Source: the human T2T-CHM13v2.0 reference genome, Homo sapiens. Taken from it: a stretch of 64,000 nt of DNA. Both the position numbers and the translations under genes were made by a program. The notes beneath the pieces are model-generated. The model was not told the origin of the DNA and ran no database searches. It saw only the letters and a list, made by a program, of their open reading frames with translations. This document shows positions 1 to 19,725 of this stretch, piece by piece; position 1 is the stretch's first letter; every line of letters begins with the position of its first letter. The stretch lies in NCBI RefSeq assembly GCF_009914755.1, contig NC_060938.1, one strand, 5' to 3'.

Positions 1-2641
<2,641 letters not shown>

Positions 2642-2644
2642 GAT

Positions 2645-3700
2645 AGTCTTAATCAGATTAAGGAATTTCCCTTTTTCCTAGGTCGCTGAGAGTTTTTTTT
2701 CATAAATGGATATTGAATTTTATTATTTTTTTAATTATTGAAATTATAGTTTATTTTCTTCTTTGAAAGAGAAATACATGTGTAGTGAATTACATTGATT
2801 GCATTCTTGAAATATTAAACCTTCCATGTATTCATTTCAATCACTTAGCTGAGATATATTTTGTAATAACTGGCTTTAATGTGCTAATTTTGTGCTTGGG
2901 ACTTTCACATAAGTGATTATGAAAGAGATTATCTTCTAATTTTGTTTTTGGCTTGTGTTGATATCAAGGTTATTTTGGGAGGGCTAACATTTTTCTGTTT
3001 TCTGGAAGAGTTTCTAAAAGCTTGGTTTTATTTCTTCAGTATATATAACTGGTGGTATTTTTATTCTTTTCAATCTTACATTTTTTTCTTGTGTTATTGT
3101 AGTGGCTAGGATCTCTAGTACAATATTGAATAGAAGTGGTTTGAGTGAATATCCTTGGTTAGTTGAGAATTATTAGGATGATAGCCTTCAGTACTGTAAT
3201 GTCATAAGCATTTTAAGTGCTAGGTGTTATTTATTGGCTACTTTTATTCATAAAAGTTCCACATGTTGTCCAGGCTGGTCTCGAACTCCTGACCTCAGGT
3301 GATCCACCTGTGTCTACCTCCCAAAGTGCTAGGATTACTGGTGTGAGCTACTGCGCCCGGCCGAGTTTATTTTTTAATCATACATTTGTGTTGAATTTTT
3401 AAATCAAATTTATCTATTGAAAAGGTTATATAGTTTTATCCATCAGTCTGTGTAGAGATGGTAAAATGTTAATCCAATATTGCATTTGAGGGATAGTATC
3501 CTTTCTGTATATTGCTGTATTCATTTTCTGTTTTTAAAAGGATTTTTGCATCTCTACTCATGGAAAATACTGGTCAGGGTCTATACTTCTGTTTTCATTT
3601 AATGTCCTTGGTCATTTGGTTTCAGGATTAGCTCACTTCATAAAGTAAGTTGAGAATTTAAATAGTTGACAGAGTTTACCAGTCATATTATCTGTGGCTA
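2645..3700 (-). mobile_element. Old L1M ORF2 fragments
   Basis: Degenerate antisense L1 motifs such as CTCTAGTACAATATTGAATAGAAGTGG and GGATTTTTGCATCT. Confidence 0.6.
3262..3362 (-). mobile_element. Alu left-arm fragment
   Basis: CAGGCTGGTCTCGAACTCCTGACCTCAGGTGATCC...GCGCCCGGCC. Confidence 0.9.
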
Positions 3701-3749
3701 GAATCCTGGGTTGGAGTGTGTTATTTATGTTTCTGTTGGTGGTGGGAGG

Positions 3750-4870
3750 GTAGACATGACATGCAATAAACGGCACATTTTAAATTTATGGTTTTATGTA
3801 TTATTCATTGTGAAATTGTAACTACATGGAAGATGGTGAACCTATCCATCACACTCTACAAGTTTCCCCTCAATTTTTTTGTGATTCTGGGTAATCTTTC
3901 CCTTTTGTTCTCCCTTATCTCCATCTATCACCAAACTGTATTTTCTTTTTCCCATAATGATCAGTTTGCATTTTCTAGAGCTTTATGTAAATAGATAGTT
4001 ACAAGAGAAAGTCATTTTTTTCTGGCTTCCTTCACTCAGCGTAAGTATTTGGAGGTTTTTCATATAAAGTTTATTCTTTTTTGTTGTTCATTCATATTCC
4101 ATTATATGAATATATTCACTTGATCATAGACATTTGGTTGTTTCTAGCTTTTGGCTATTACAAATAAAATGTACATGTGTAAGTCTTTGTATAGACATTT
4201 ACTTTTTTATTCATTTCAGTAAATACCTGTGAATGAAATGGCTAGATCATTGGGTAGCTGTATGTTTAACTTTTTAAGAAACTGCTAAATTGTTTCCCAA
4301 AGTGGTTGTTCTCATTAACAGTGTAGGAAGGTTCAGTTTTTTCAGATCCTTACCCACATTTGTTATGTTTGGTCTTTTAAATTTTAACCACTGTAAAAGG
4401 TATCTAGTTGTATCTTATTATAATTTTAATTTGCATTTTCCTGTTGACTAGTAATATTGAAGATATTCTCAGGTTTTTTTTTTTTTACCATATGTATATC
4501 TTTTTTTTGGTGAACTGTCTATTCAAACGTTTTATCCTTTTATGAAATTGAGTTTTTTCCTTATTGTTGAGATTTGAGAGTTCTTTATATATTCAGAATG
4601 CAAGTAAGACATATGCTTGTAAATATTTACACACAGTCTTTGACATCTTTTCATTCTCATAGCAGTGTCTTTCACATCTATCTTGAGACTTATTCCTAAG
4701 CATTTTTATATTTTACATGTTATTTTAATTGGCATTTTAAAATGTTTCATTTAATTTTATTTTCCATTTGTTCATTGGTAGTATGTAGAAATACAATTGA
4801 TTTTTGTATATTGACCTGGTATTCTGCAACTATGCTAAACATACTTATAGTTCTAGCAGCTTTTGTGTAG
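3750..4870 (-). mobile_element. L1MC/ME 3' end
   Basis: Antisense L1M 3' motifs TTTAACTTTTTAAGAAACTGC, TTTGCATTTTCC, GAAATACAATTGATTTTTGTATATTGAC. Confidence 0.75.
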
Positions 4871-5956
4871 TTTTGGGGAGCAAATAGGGTCCTGATAGAG
4901 AGATGGCTTTATGGAAGAAGTACAAGGACCCTTACGGGCCAGGTTAGGAGATGTAAGGAGATTCCTCAGGATTTGATCGCCAGTGTTTTTGTCTAAGTGT
5001 TGGATATATGGAGTGGGTGTGGAGGGAATTACCCCACTGCCCTACCTGTTAATGAATGTTTAGAGGTTAGGCAGAGGGTTCAGGCAAGCTGCCTAAATGG
5101 TTCTCGGTTGTTGTTCACACTTACCCATGTGATAGAAAAAGTGAAGGTTATCCTGACAGTGTGGTAATAAGTCCTGTGCCTCTACTCAAAAGGCAGTATT
5201 GCTATGGCTGCATAAAGGATCCCTGAGGCTGAAGTAACATATGTCAGCAATGAGGATACAGGCCTTTAGGTAAACTAATGTATTAGTCCATTTTCAAACT
5301 GCTGATAAAGACATACCTGAGACTGGGCAATTTACAAAAGAAAGAGATTTAATGGACTTACAGTTTGATATGGCTGGAGAGGCCTCACAATGATGGCAGA
5401 AGGCAAGGAGGAGCAAGTCACATGGATCATGGCAGGCAAAGAGTGAACCTGTGTAGAAAAACTCCCATTTTTAAAACCATCAGACCTCATGAGAACTCAT
5501 TCATTATCATGAGAACAGCACGGGAAATACCTTCCTCCCCAATAATTCTGTCACCTCCCACCAGGTTCTTCCCATGACACGTGGGAATTGTAGGAGTTAC
5601 AATTCAAGATGAGATTTGGCAGAGGGGACACAGCCAAACCATATCAGTCTATCTCTGACCGCTCTCAAATCTCATATCCTCACATTTCAAAACCAGTCAT
5701 GCCTTCCCAACAGTCCCCCAAAGTTTTAACTCATTTCAGCTTTAACTCAAAAGTCCACAGTCCAAAGTCTCACCTGAGACAAGGCAAGTCCCTTCTGCCT
5801 ATAAGCCTGTAAAATCAGAAGCAACTTAGTTACTTCCTAGATACAATGGAGGTACAGGCATTGGGTAAATACAACCATTCCAAATGGGAGAAATTGGCCA
5901 AAACAAAGGGGCTACAGGCCCCATGCCAGTCCCAAATCCAGCAGGGCTATCAAATC

Positions 5957-6706
<750 letters not shown>

Positions 6707-7598
6707 GGCTGTGAAATCTTAAAGCTCCAAAATGATCTCCTTTGACTCCATATCTCATGTCCGGGTCATGCTGATGCAAGAGGTGGGTTCTCATGGTCTG
6801 GGCAGCTCCACCCCTGTGTCTCTGCAGGATACAGCCTCCATCCCAGCTGCTTTCATTGGCTAGTAGTGACTGTCTGTGGCTTTTCCAGGCACACAGTGCT
6901 GTCGGTGGATCTGCCATTATGGGGTCTGGAGGATGGTGGCCCTTTCTCACAGTTCCACTAGGTTGGAGCCCCAGTAGGAACTCCATGTGGGTGATTCAAC
7001 CCCACATTTCTTTTCTGCACTGCCCTAGCAGAGGTTCTTCATGAGCGCCCCACCCCTGCAGCAAACTTCTGCCTGGACATCCAGGTATTTACGTACATCC
7101 TGTGAAATCCAGGTGGAGGCTCCCAAACCTCAGTTCTTGACTTCTATGCACTTGCAGGCTCAACACCACATGAAAGCTGCCAAGGCCTGGGGCTTGAACC
7201 CTCTGAACGCATGGCCTGAGCTTATACTGGCCCCTTTCAGTCATGGCTGGAGCAGCTGGGATGCAGGGCACCACCTTTCTGGACTGCACACACCATGGGG
7301 ACCCTTGGCCCGGCCCACAAAACCATGTTTTCCTCCTAGGCCTTTGAGCCTGTGATGGGAGGGGCTGCCATGAAGACCTGTGACATGTCCTGGAGACATT
7401 TTCCCCATTGTCTAGGGGATTAACATTCAGCTCCTCATTACTTTTGCAAATTTCTGCATCCGGCTTGAATTTCTCCTCAGAAAATGGGATTTTCTTTTCT
7501 TTCGCATTGTCAGGCTACAAGTTTTCCAAACTTTTATGCTCTGTTTCCCTTTTAAAACTGAATGCCTTTAACAGCACCCAAGTCATGTCTTGAATGCT

Positions 7599-7958
7599 TT
7601 ACTGCTTAGAAATTTCTTCCATCAGATACCCTAAATCATCTCTCTCAAGTTCAAAGTTCCACAGATCTCTGGGGCAGGGGCAAAAAGCTGCCAGTCTCTT
7701 TGCCAAAACATAGCAAGAGTCACCTTTGCTCCAGTTTCCAACAAGTTCCTCATCTCCTTGTGAGACCACCTCAGCCTGTACCTTTTTGTTCATATCACTA
7801 TCAGCATTTTTGTCAAAGCCATTCAACAAATCTCTAGGAAGTTCCAAACTTTCCCAGATTTTCCTGTCTTCTTCTGAGCCCTCCAAACTGTCCCAATCTC
7901 TGCCTGTTATCCAGTTCCAAACTCGCTTCCACATTTTCATGTATGTTTTCAGCAGCAC
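7599..7958 (-). pseudogene. THE1-int MaLR gag-like ORF remnant
   Basis: ORF ...SLEGSEEDRKIWESLELPRDLLNGFDKNADSDM...GNWSKGDSCYVLAKRL... is typical of the MaLR internal ORF. Confidence 0.8.
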
Positions 7959-8397
7959 CCCATTCTACTGGTACCAATTTACTGTATTAATCCATTTTCA
8001 TGCTGCTGATAAAGACATACCTGAGACTGGGCAATTTATAAAAGAAAGAGGTTTAATGGACTTACAGTTCTTCATGACTGGGGAGGCCTCACAATCATGG
8101 CAGAAGGCAAAGAGGAGCTTGTATGGCAGTGGACAAAGTCACCTCTTATATGGCAGTGGACAAAGAGAGAACTTGTGCAGGGAAACTCCCATTTTTAAAA
8201 CAATCAGATTTCATGAGACTCATTCACTATAATGAGGACAGCACACGAAAGACCCACCCCCATAATTCAATCACCTCCGACCAGGTTCCTCCCAAGACAT
8301 GTGGGAATTGTAGGAGTTACAATTGAGGATGAGATTTGGGTGGGGACACAGCCAAACCATATCAGCCAGCAACCTTGGAAGTTAGTTTGCTTGATCA

Positions 8398-9970
<1,573 letters not shown>

Positions 9971-10060
9971 GTAAGTGCCTGTTTTTACAATTAGTCTGAA
10001 TGGAATCAAGCTGCTGGTCAAGCCTGCACTTGTTAGTGCCTTTCAATCTGGAAACTTGTC

Positions 10061-11200
<1,140 letters not shown>

Positions 11201-11920
11201 AATTTATGTTCTATCTTATAGATAGGAAAAGTAAATGGAGCCTAAAATGCAGATATAAGTGCATAAAAGTTATTCTGTTAATTCTTTTCTCTATATTAAA
11301 TATGATGTTTCTCCAAATTTTGATGTTTTATTTGAAGCCATAATAAACTTTGTTCTAAGGCATTCACATTCATTTAAGTAATTGGATTTATTTTATGAAA
11401 CATTCTCATTCTGATCAAAATTTTCACCGAAGGATGAAGATTTAACAGAAGTGCTAATAGTAATATATTTGAGTTGAACTTTAGGTAACATGTTAGAAAG
11501 AAGATAACTTAATATTTTGAGGATATTTTCCATTTAAATAAAAACAGCAAGAACCAATGTATTAAATTGAATGCTGTGGTTCTAGTTATTGTTTTTTGGA
11601 TGTATTTAATAATTTCTAATGTCTTTTTGGCTTAACACTGGACCTCACAGTTAGGTAATGAGGATGGAAGTAGTATATTTGCCTTTCTATGAATGCCATA
11701 CCATAAGATTTTTCAGGATATTTTTGTAGTTAAGAAGATAGCATATGAGTAGAATGATAGATAATTCAATTTGAGGTACTTGTAACTGAATTGGATTCAT
11801 GTCTACTGGAGATGAGATTCTCATGGAAAATCAACAGCTGATAATGTAAATGAAGAACTTTGTGATCCTACAAATTATAAAACAGTGCAGTTATCATTTA
11901 GGTTTTAGGTTTTGACTGCC

Positions 11921-11965
11921 AGAGATTTGCTTTATAGAGATTTGCTTTATTGAGATTTGCTTTAT
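11921..11965. repeat. Tandem repeat, 3 x 15 bp (A/T)GAGATTTGCTTTAT
   Basis: Directly visible. Confidence 0.95.
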
Positions 11966-12099
11966 TGGGAATGCCTATATTTCAGTGTTAGAATTATTAT
12001 AATTGACTATAGATCTTTTATATAAAATATTCTCATTTGGGGGAATAGAGGATAGATAGCAATATATGACTCTTACCTTAAAATTGGTATAAATCTAAT

Positions 12100-12760
12100 G
12101 AATACCCATATAATTACTATTGAACTTAAGAAATAAAACATTACAGATAAAATGGAAGTCATCTGTGAATCTCTTACCTATACCATTCACCTTTATCATT
12201 CTCTTCCCAGTAGTAACCCTTATTCTGAATTTGTTGTTTTATATTCCCTGCTTGTTTCACAATTTTACTCTTTTTCTCACATCCAGAATAAATGTAGTCT
12301 TGTTTTACGTATCTTAAACTATATTTGAATAGTATCAAACTGGAACATGCTTCCCCCCGCCCCCAACATTGTTTCTCAGATACATTCGTTGATGGATCTA
12401 GTTCTTTATTTCAACTGTTGAAGAGTATTTCATTGCATGAATGTATCATAATTTATTATTAATTCCTCTATTGCTTGTTTCATAATTTTTACTCTTGTGA
12501 ACAGTGCTTCAAAGAATCATGAATAGGTGAAAATTTCCTTGAGGTATGTATCTAGGTATAGAATGGCCAGCATATAGTATATAAACTTTTAAACATTTTA
12601 CTAATTTTTTTGAATCGTTCTTTAAAGTAGTCCCATCAGTTTACTGTTTCATGAGAAATGTATGAGGTTTCACAAAGACTTGATATTGTTAGACTTAAAG
12701 TACTGATAATCTGATGTACGTAGATTATATTACAGTGAATTATTTTGCGTTTTTTGGTAT
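12100..12760 (-). mobile_element. L1ME-like 3' end
   Basis: Degenerate antisense L1ME 3'UTR motifs (GTAACCCTTATTCTGAATTTG, AGTATTTCATTGCATGAATGTATCATAATTTA). Confidence 0.6.
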
Positions 12761-13764
12761 TAGGATATTTTTAAAATGAAGAGCAAATTATTTGTTCTCT
12801 CTTTGTCTGCTTTCACTAATAATGGTGTGCTTCTAATTACCTAGTCTGTTTTCCCATTAGTTCATAGTTTTATTAAAGAAATCTCTCTTCTACCTACTGT
12901 TAGATACACCACCCCATTATATAAAGTTCATTTGGTTAGGTTTATTTTGTGCTAAGCAACTAAATAGAAAATGGAATGTTTTTATTGTCTTTTTGTGCCC
13001 TAAAAAGAGTCAGTCAGCTCTTGGTAGGGGAAAGAATTAAGCCTGTTGTCTAGGTGATAACAGTAGAATAATGCAGTGAGGGAGTGAAAAATCAGGGATC
13101 TAAGTTGCAGAAAATTCAGTTACTAACAGCAATTAATTGAATAAAGAAAATGCAAAGTTATGAAAAACACCAGTACTTTGATTATATTATCCTTGTAGAA
13201 TACAGTCATTCATTGCTTAATGATGGGGATGTGTTCTGAGAAATGCATTGTTAGGCAATTTTGTCATTTACAAACATCATGAAATATGCTTACACAAACC
13301 TAGGTGGTATAGCCTACTACCCACCTAGGCTGTATGGCATAGGCTATTGCTGTCAGGCTACAAACTATACAGGATGTTACTGTACTGAATGAATATTGTA
13401 GGCAGTTATAACACAATGGCAAATATTTATATATCTAAACATAGAAAAATGCTGTAAATATGTGGTATAAAAGATAAAAAGTGATATAAGGCACTTACCA
13501 TGAATGGAGCTTGCAGGACTGGAGGTTGCTTCGGGTAGGTGAGTGAGTGAATGGTGAAGGCCTAGGACTTTACCATACACCACTGTAGAGTTTTTAAACA
13601 ATGTATACTTAACTACACTAATTATATTAAAAGATATTTTTCTTTCTTCAATAATAAATTTACTTTAGCTTACTTTAATTTTTTTAGTTTATAAACTTCT
13701 TGACTCTTTTGTAATAATGCTTAGCTTAAAACATAAACATATTGTACAAAAATGTTTTATTTCT

Positions 13765-14063
13765 GGCAGGCATGTGGCTCACAGCTGCAATCCCAGTGCT
13801 TTGGGAGGGTGAAGCAGGAAGATTGCTTAATCCCAGGAGTTTAAAACCAGCATGGGGAAGATAATTACACCTTATCTATACAAAAAAATAATTTAAAAAA
13901 TGAGCCAGGTGTGTTGGTGTACCCCTATAGTCCCAGCCACTCTGGAGGCTAAGGAGGAAAGATTGCTTGAGCACAGGAGTTTCAGGTTGCAGTGAACTCT
14001 GATCTCACCACTGCACTCCATCCAGCCTGGGAGACAGAGTAAGACCCCATCTCAAAAAAAAAT
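13765..14063 (+). mobile_element. AluJ
   Basis: Diverged dimer with GATTGCTTGAGCACAGGAGTTTCAGG. Confidence 0.9.
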
Positions 14064-14226
14064 ACATATATATATATATAAATATATATTTATATACATA
14101 TATAAATATGTATATAAATATATATTTATATACATATATAAATATGTATATAAATATATATATACATATATAAATATGTATATAAATATATATTTATATA
14201 CATATATAAATATGTATATAAATATA
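14064..14226. repeat. AT-rich palindromic minisatellite, about 4 x 36 bp, derived from the Alu tail
   Basis: Unit AATATATATTTATATACATATATAAATATGTATATA. Confidence 0.9.
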
Positions 14227-15461
14227 AAACACACGTGTGTGTTTCTTATCTTCAGTCTGTAAGTTTCTTTTCTATTTTATCCTTTTACTTTGTAAACTTC
14301 TTTGTTAAAAATTAAGACACAAACATTCATTAGTCTAGGCCTACACAGGGTCAGGATCATCAGTATCACTGTCTTCCACCTCCTTATCTTGTCTCACTAA
14401 ATAACACCTGTGGAGCTGTCATCTTCTATGTTAACAACACCTTTTTCTGAAATACTGCCTGAAGGAACTGCCTGAGGCTGTTTTAGTGTCAACTTTTTTT
14501 TAATAAGTAGGGGTACACCCTAAAATAATGATGTAAAGCATAGTATAGTAAATGCAAAAACCAGTAACATAATCATTTATTATCATTATCAAGTGTTATG
14601 TAGTGTACATAATTGTGCTATAGTTTTTTTATATGATTGCCACTGCAGTAGGTTTGTTTATCCCAGCATCACCACAGTCATGTAGGAATGCCTTTTACTG
14701 CTACTTTATGATGGCTATGACATCACTATTTGATAGGAATTTTTCAGCTCCATTATAATGTTATGGACTCACCATCATATATGCAGTTTATTATTGACTG
14801 AAATATCATTATGCAGTGCATGACTTCAATTATACTCTATTTAATCTCCCTTCTAGGTCCTGATTTTTAAGGTAATTTGAAATCATTTTTTCTGCCTTTC
14901 TCTGTTACTATCTGAATTGCTTCCTAAGAAGATTAAATAAGAGTAAGGACTTTTTCCTGGATGTTAACCGTAACATTAGCATGTTATTTTAATTAAATTG
15001 GTTTATTAAATATAATGACATAGTTAAATATTGATGGGGGAAGGGAGTAGTCTGTATTACATCCAGAGGAGGGATGGTTCTACTGGAACTTACTGGACAG
15101 CTAGATGACAATATGAAGATCTAAGGAATGGGGAAGAGAAGAAAGGGATAAGATAAGAGATGCTGAAAGGTATTCTTAATAGACTTAAGTATTTTACTTG
15201 GGTTATGCTCTTTTCTATAATTTTCACTGGCTCATTAGAAGTAGAAAAGTTTATAAGTAGAGAATTTAATAGAAGAAAGGCAGGTAATGTTGTTGAGATG
15301 TGTGGGGTCAGATCTATCCTGAAATAAAAAGAATCTGATCACATTTCCTTAGTGATTTAAAATAGAAAAACAGGGTGATAGAAATAAATGTCAGAAGCAG
15401 AAATTGGAAGAAATAAAGAATGGCAAGTTTAATGTTGGCAATTGGTCATCAGAATCCTATT

Positions 15462-15756
15462 GTTGTTGTTGTTATTTTTTTTTTAAGATGGAGTCGCCCA
15501 GGCTGTGGTGCAGTGGCGCGATCTCAGCTCACTGGAAGCTCCACCTCCCTGGTTCATGCCATTCTCCTGCATCAGTCTCCTGAGTAGCTGGGACTACAGG
15601 TGCCCATCACCACACCTGGCTAATTTTTTGTATTTTTTAGTGGAAACGGAGTTTCACTGTGTTAGCCAGGATGGTCTCGATCTCCTGACCTCGTGATCCG
15701 CCTGCCTCGGCCTCCCAAAGTGCTGAGATTACAGGCGTGAGCCACTGCGCCCAGCC
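15462..15756 (-). mobile_element. AluY
   Basis: 14-bp TSD ATCAGAATCCTATT (15448-15461, 15757-15770); Y diagnostics. Confidence 0.95.
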
Positions 15757-16020
15757 ATCAGAATCCTATTTTAACTTATATTTGTAGATTTTCTTGTCAT
15801 GCCAGTTAATTACATAGTCTGTTTCTGGTATTTCCTATGTTGACTTGATCATAGCTGTCACTAACAAATACTTTTATCTTCGACCTATTTAATGTGTTAT
15901 TTTTTTTCTTACATTTTATGGAGTGTTTACATGATCCCCTCTTACTTAACTTTAGTGGACTGTCAGGATTATTGTCCCATGCCCATTTTGCCTGTAGTTT
16001 TTCTTTAATTGCAGTCGTTC

Positions 16021-16332
16021 TTTTTTTTTGTTTTTGTTTTTGTTTGTTTTTTTTGAGACGGAGTCTTGCTCTGTCGCCCAGGCTGGAGTGCAGTGGTGCT
16101 GTCGGCTCACTGTAACCTCCACCTCTTGGGTTCAAGCGAGTCTTCGTCCTCAGCCTCCTGAGTAGCTGGGATAACAGGCACTCACCACCATGCCTGGCTA
16201 ATTTTTGTATTTTCAATAGAGACGAGGTTTCACCATGTTGGTCGGGCTGGTCTTGAACTCCTGACCTCATGATCCACCCACCTCGGCCTCCCAAAGTGCT
16301 GGGATTACAGGCATGAGCCACTGCGCCCGGCC
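16021..16332 (-). mobile_element. AluS (Sg-like)
   Basis: Full dimer; TSD CAGTCGT(T/C)CTTTTT. Confidence 0.93.
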
Positions 16333-17054
16333 GGCACAGTCGTCCTTTTTAACAGTGTTTATTTTAGCTCAAAACAAATGTATTTATTATTCTTGAGTTT
16401 CCTTTATTATTGCTGAATAACTTCAAGTAATTTTTGTTTTTTCCTCACTAGGTCTTTCTTTGCAAATATTACTTTTAGATAAGTTTGTATGAGTCTTAAA
16501 AAGCTCTTTCTATGTATAATTAAAACAAGATAGCACCTTTATTTTGACTATGTAAATAATTGTATCTCATAGATTCAAAGCTAGCTTGTGTTTGCAGAAG
16601 ACAGTATTGCCATAGTGAAGTAATTTTAAAGTAAAATTTGACAACAACTAGACTAGGTCTGTAGGAGGATTTTTTATTGTATTAAGGCTCATACTGTGCT
16701 AAGTATAATATTTTTTATTTTTTGATGAATTATATTAGAAACTAATTTTTATTTGTAGTTCTACTTTATATATTTTCTATATTAGAGAAATTTCCCACTA
16801 AAGAATCTTCATTAACATTTTTCTGCAAGTGATTTCCGAATGTTTCTAACCCTAAACAGTTTCCTATCATTGCTTCTAAACATTTTTTTCTTTTTAAATC
16901 TTGCTATTGCTTCGAATTCAGGTTGTTTGAACTCTTTATTATCCTTCTCTTCTGCTACCTTGTTCCCAATCCAACTACCCTACCTAATTTCCTATTCGTA
17001 TCATTGGTATTATTATTTTTCTGGTCAATAAAATAAATGTTTGTTGAAATTTAC

Positions 17055-17230
17055 ATTTTAATCCTGCTAGCTCTGAGATCTTTGGGAAATAATGTCTTCA
17101 AGTTTCATTATCTTGTCTATAAAGAGGGGAGAGCAATGTTTCATGACATGAGATTGGCAAAATGATTAGATTAAATGAGATAGTGTAAGTGATGCACTTG
17201 GTACAGTGCCTGTCTCTTAGCAAATGATAG
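17055..17230 (+). mobile_element. MIR
   Basis: Core motifs AGATTAAATGAGATAGTGTAAG...GCACTTGGTACAGTGCCTG. Confidence 0.7.
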
Positions 17231-17428
17231 TTCCCCTGTAGGTATATGGGATCAAAAGCTCATAGTTGTTTTTGACACCTTTCTTCTCTAAACCCTCTGT
17301 ATTGCATTTTCCATCAAATTTTGATAATCCCAGCTTTATAATGTTCACATATATTTGATTTTATTGTATTCTCTTAGCTGAAATATTGATCCAGGCGCAG
17401 ATTTGCTGTACATTAATGTAAAGGTTGA

Positions 17429-17776
<348 letters not shown>

Positions 17777-18379
17777 CCTTATAATACATTCTGCGTATTC
17801 CAGTCAGATGACTTTTTCTAACATTCCACGTTTGTTATGCCATGTATCTGCTAAGAAAGAACAACAACAAAAAAGGAATTGTTCCTTATTGTCTTACTTC
17901 ACTTAGTGGAACCATCCATTCCATCCAGTTTGGTCTGCTTACTCAAAGACTATTACCATTCTTCTTTCTGTGCCCTTGCTCAGGCCAGGCCTTCTTCACA
18001 ACGTCATTCGAAGTGTACAATGTTTCTTGCACTTATTTCCAATTTAATTGTGTACTGCCTTGTGTAGTTCTTATATTACTGTCTTCTGTCAATATTAAAT
18101 TTAATCATATACTGTCACATCATAGTTTTGTTTTATTTTCTACTGTAATTTAACTTTCTGATTAGGCCATTTTCTTTTCTAAGGTATAAATTCTCCTATA
18201 CTTCTTATCTTCTTTGAATTCATTCTGTTATTCTATGTATGTACTTCAATTTCTTATAAGAAAAACAGCACAATTTGAGTTTGAAATTTACTTTTAAAAT
18301 TATAATTAATGAACATAGTACTTTATTAAGGAATCAACAAAAAGTGTTTTATTCAACTGGCAGGCAAACTTTTCTATTT

Positions 18380-18915
18380 CCATAAATTAGTTTTACCAAA
18401 CTTCAACCTTATATAAATGGAATTTTGCATTTTACTGTATACTCTTTCTGTTTGGCTTCATTTTAGTTTTTTGAGATTTATCTATATTGTGCTGTATAAA
18501 ATAAGTACTGCATTCTTTTTTATTGCTGAATAGTATTCCAGTGTATGAGGATTTTACAATTTTATACATTCTCAGTTTAAGGGACAGCTAGATTTTTAAT
18601 GATTTTTTGCTGTTATTAATAGGGTTGCAGTGAATATGCCTGTACATATATTTTTGGGTACGTATGTTTTCATTTCTTTTGAATAAATACTTAAGTGTGA
18701 CTTGCTGGATTGTATGGTAAGTTAAACGTCTTTGTCCAGACTGTCACAAAGGTGGTGCTGTACTCTTCCCATTGTATCCCATCAGATTGCTTATTATTTT
18801 GGGTTTCTCTCATTACTAATGATGTTTAAAGATTTAAATGTATGACTTGAGACTGTCAAACTACTAAAAGAAAACATTGCAGGATGCTTTAAGACATTGG
18901 TTTGGGAAAAGATTT
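18380..18915 (-). mobile_element. Old L1M 3' fragments (a short + strand L1 piece at about 18831-18915)
   Basis: TTTATTGCTGAATAGTATTCCA, TTTTCATTTCTTTTGAATAAATAC. Confidence 0.65.
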
Positions 18916-18949
18916 AGTTTCTGGGTTTTCTTTCTGTTTTTTTTTTTTT

Positions 18950-19725
18950 TAATAATATCTATCTCTGTTTAATTTCTCATTCAGGTCATGAATTGTTTTC
19001 CTGGTTTTAAAATTATTTATATGTGTTCTTTTGTATCTTGTAGAGTTTCCTTAGGATCATTATTATAAACTCATTTTCAGGCATTTGACATATTTTCTTT
19101 TCTTTGGGGTCTGTTACTGGAGAATTATTGTGTTGTTTTGGAGGTGTCATGTTTCCCTGCCTTTTCATATTTCTTGTTCCCTTACATTGATATTTGCACA
19201 TCTGGTGTAACTGTCACTTCTAATTTTATGGAGTAGCTTCTGTAAGGAAAGACTTTTTCCTGTAGATGTAGCTGTAATGTTTGTTGGGTAGAATGTTTTC
19301 GCATTGGTTCTCGGTGATTGCAATGGTGTAGTTTTTGTATGATACTTCACCTGTAATCAACAACTGCAGTGTCTGTGATTCCCTTAATGGCTTAGCCTGC
19401 AGTTGTTTGTGGAGATTGTGGTGAGACTTTGGTGGGGAAGGGGTCATCAGCCAGACTGATCCTCAGGCCTCTAGGTGTCACGTGGGGGCACCAACAGTGG
19501 TGGTTGTGTGTCCTGGGTGAGCCAATCTTAAGGTCCTAGGTGGGGAGCCAGTGGTAGCAGTGTCAGGCCCTTCCTGATTGGCCCTCGCATCCCTGGGCCG
19601 GGCTACACAGATTCTGGTAGTGGCACTGGTGGGTTGGTCTTCAGGTGCCCAGGCATCAGTGTGTGTTGGTGACTGGCCAGTCTGGCTGGTCCCCAGGCTC
19701 CTGGGTGAGGCGCACAGGAACCAGC
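18950..19725 (-). mobile_element. L1MA-type ORF1 start and 5'UTR fragment
   Basis: Minus ORF ...RNMKRQGNMTPPKQHNNSPVTDPKEKKICQMPENEFIIMILRKL is the L1M ORF1 N-terminus; similar to 63400-64000. Confidence 0.8.

Larger units (their letters stand above)
13203..14826 (+). mobile_element. Tigger3b/Golem-type DNA transposon, interrupted by an AluJ and an AT minisatellite
   Basis: TA+CAGTCATTCATTGCTTAATGATGGGG start; ...ATTATGCAGTGCATGACT end. Confidence 0.9.

Noticed and set aside
7726-8232. 168-aa + strand ORF
   Set aside because: Antisense read of THE1-int and LTR; low-complexity and Ser-rich.
15806-16321. Longest ORF in the track (171 aa)
   Set aside because: It is a translation of an Alu plus its tail and flank ([15 protein letters not shown]...).
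17842-18153. 103-aa ORF in unique DNA
   Set aside because: Composition is typical of T-rich non-coding DNA, with no recognisable domain and no convincing splice sites.
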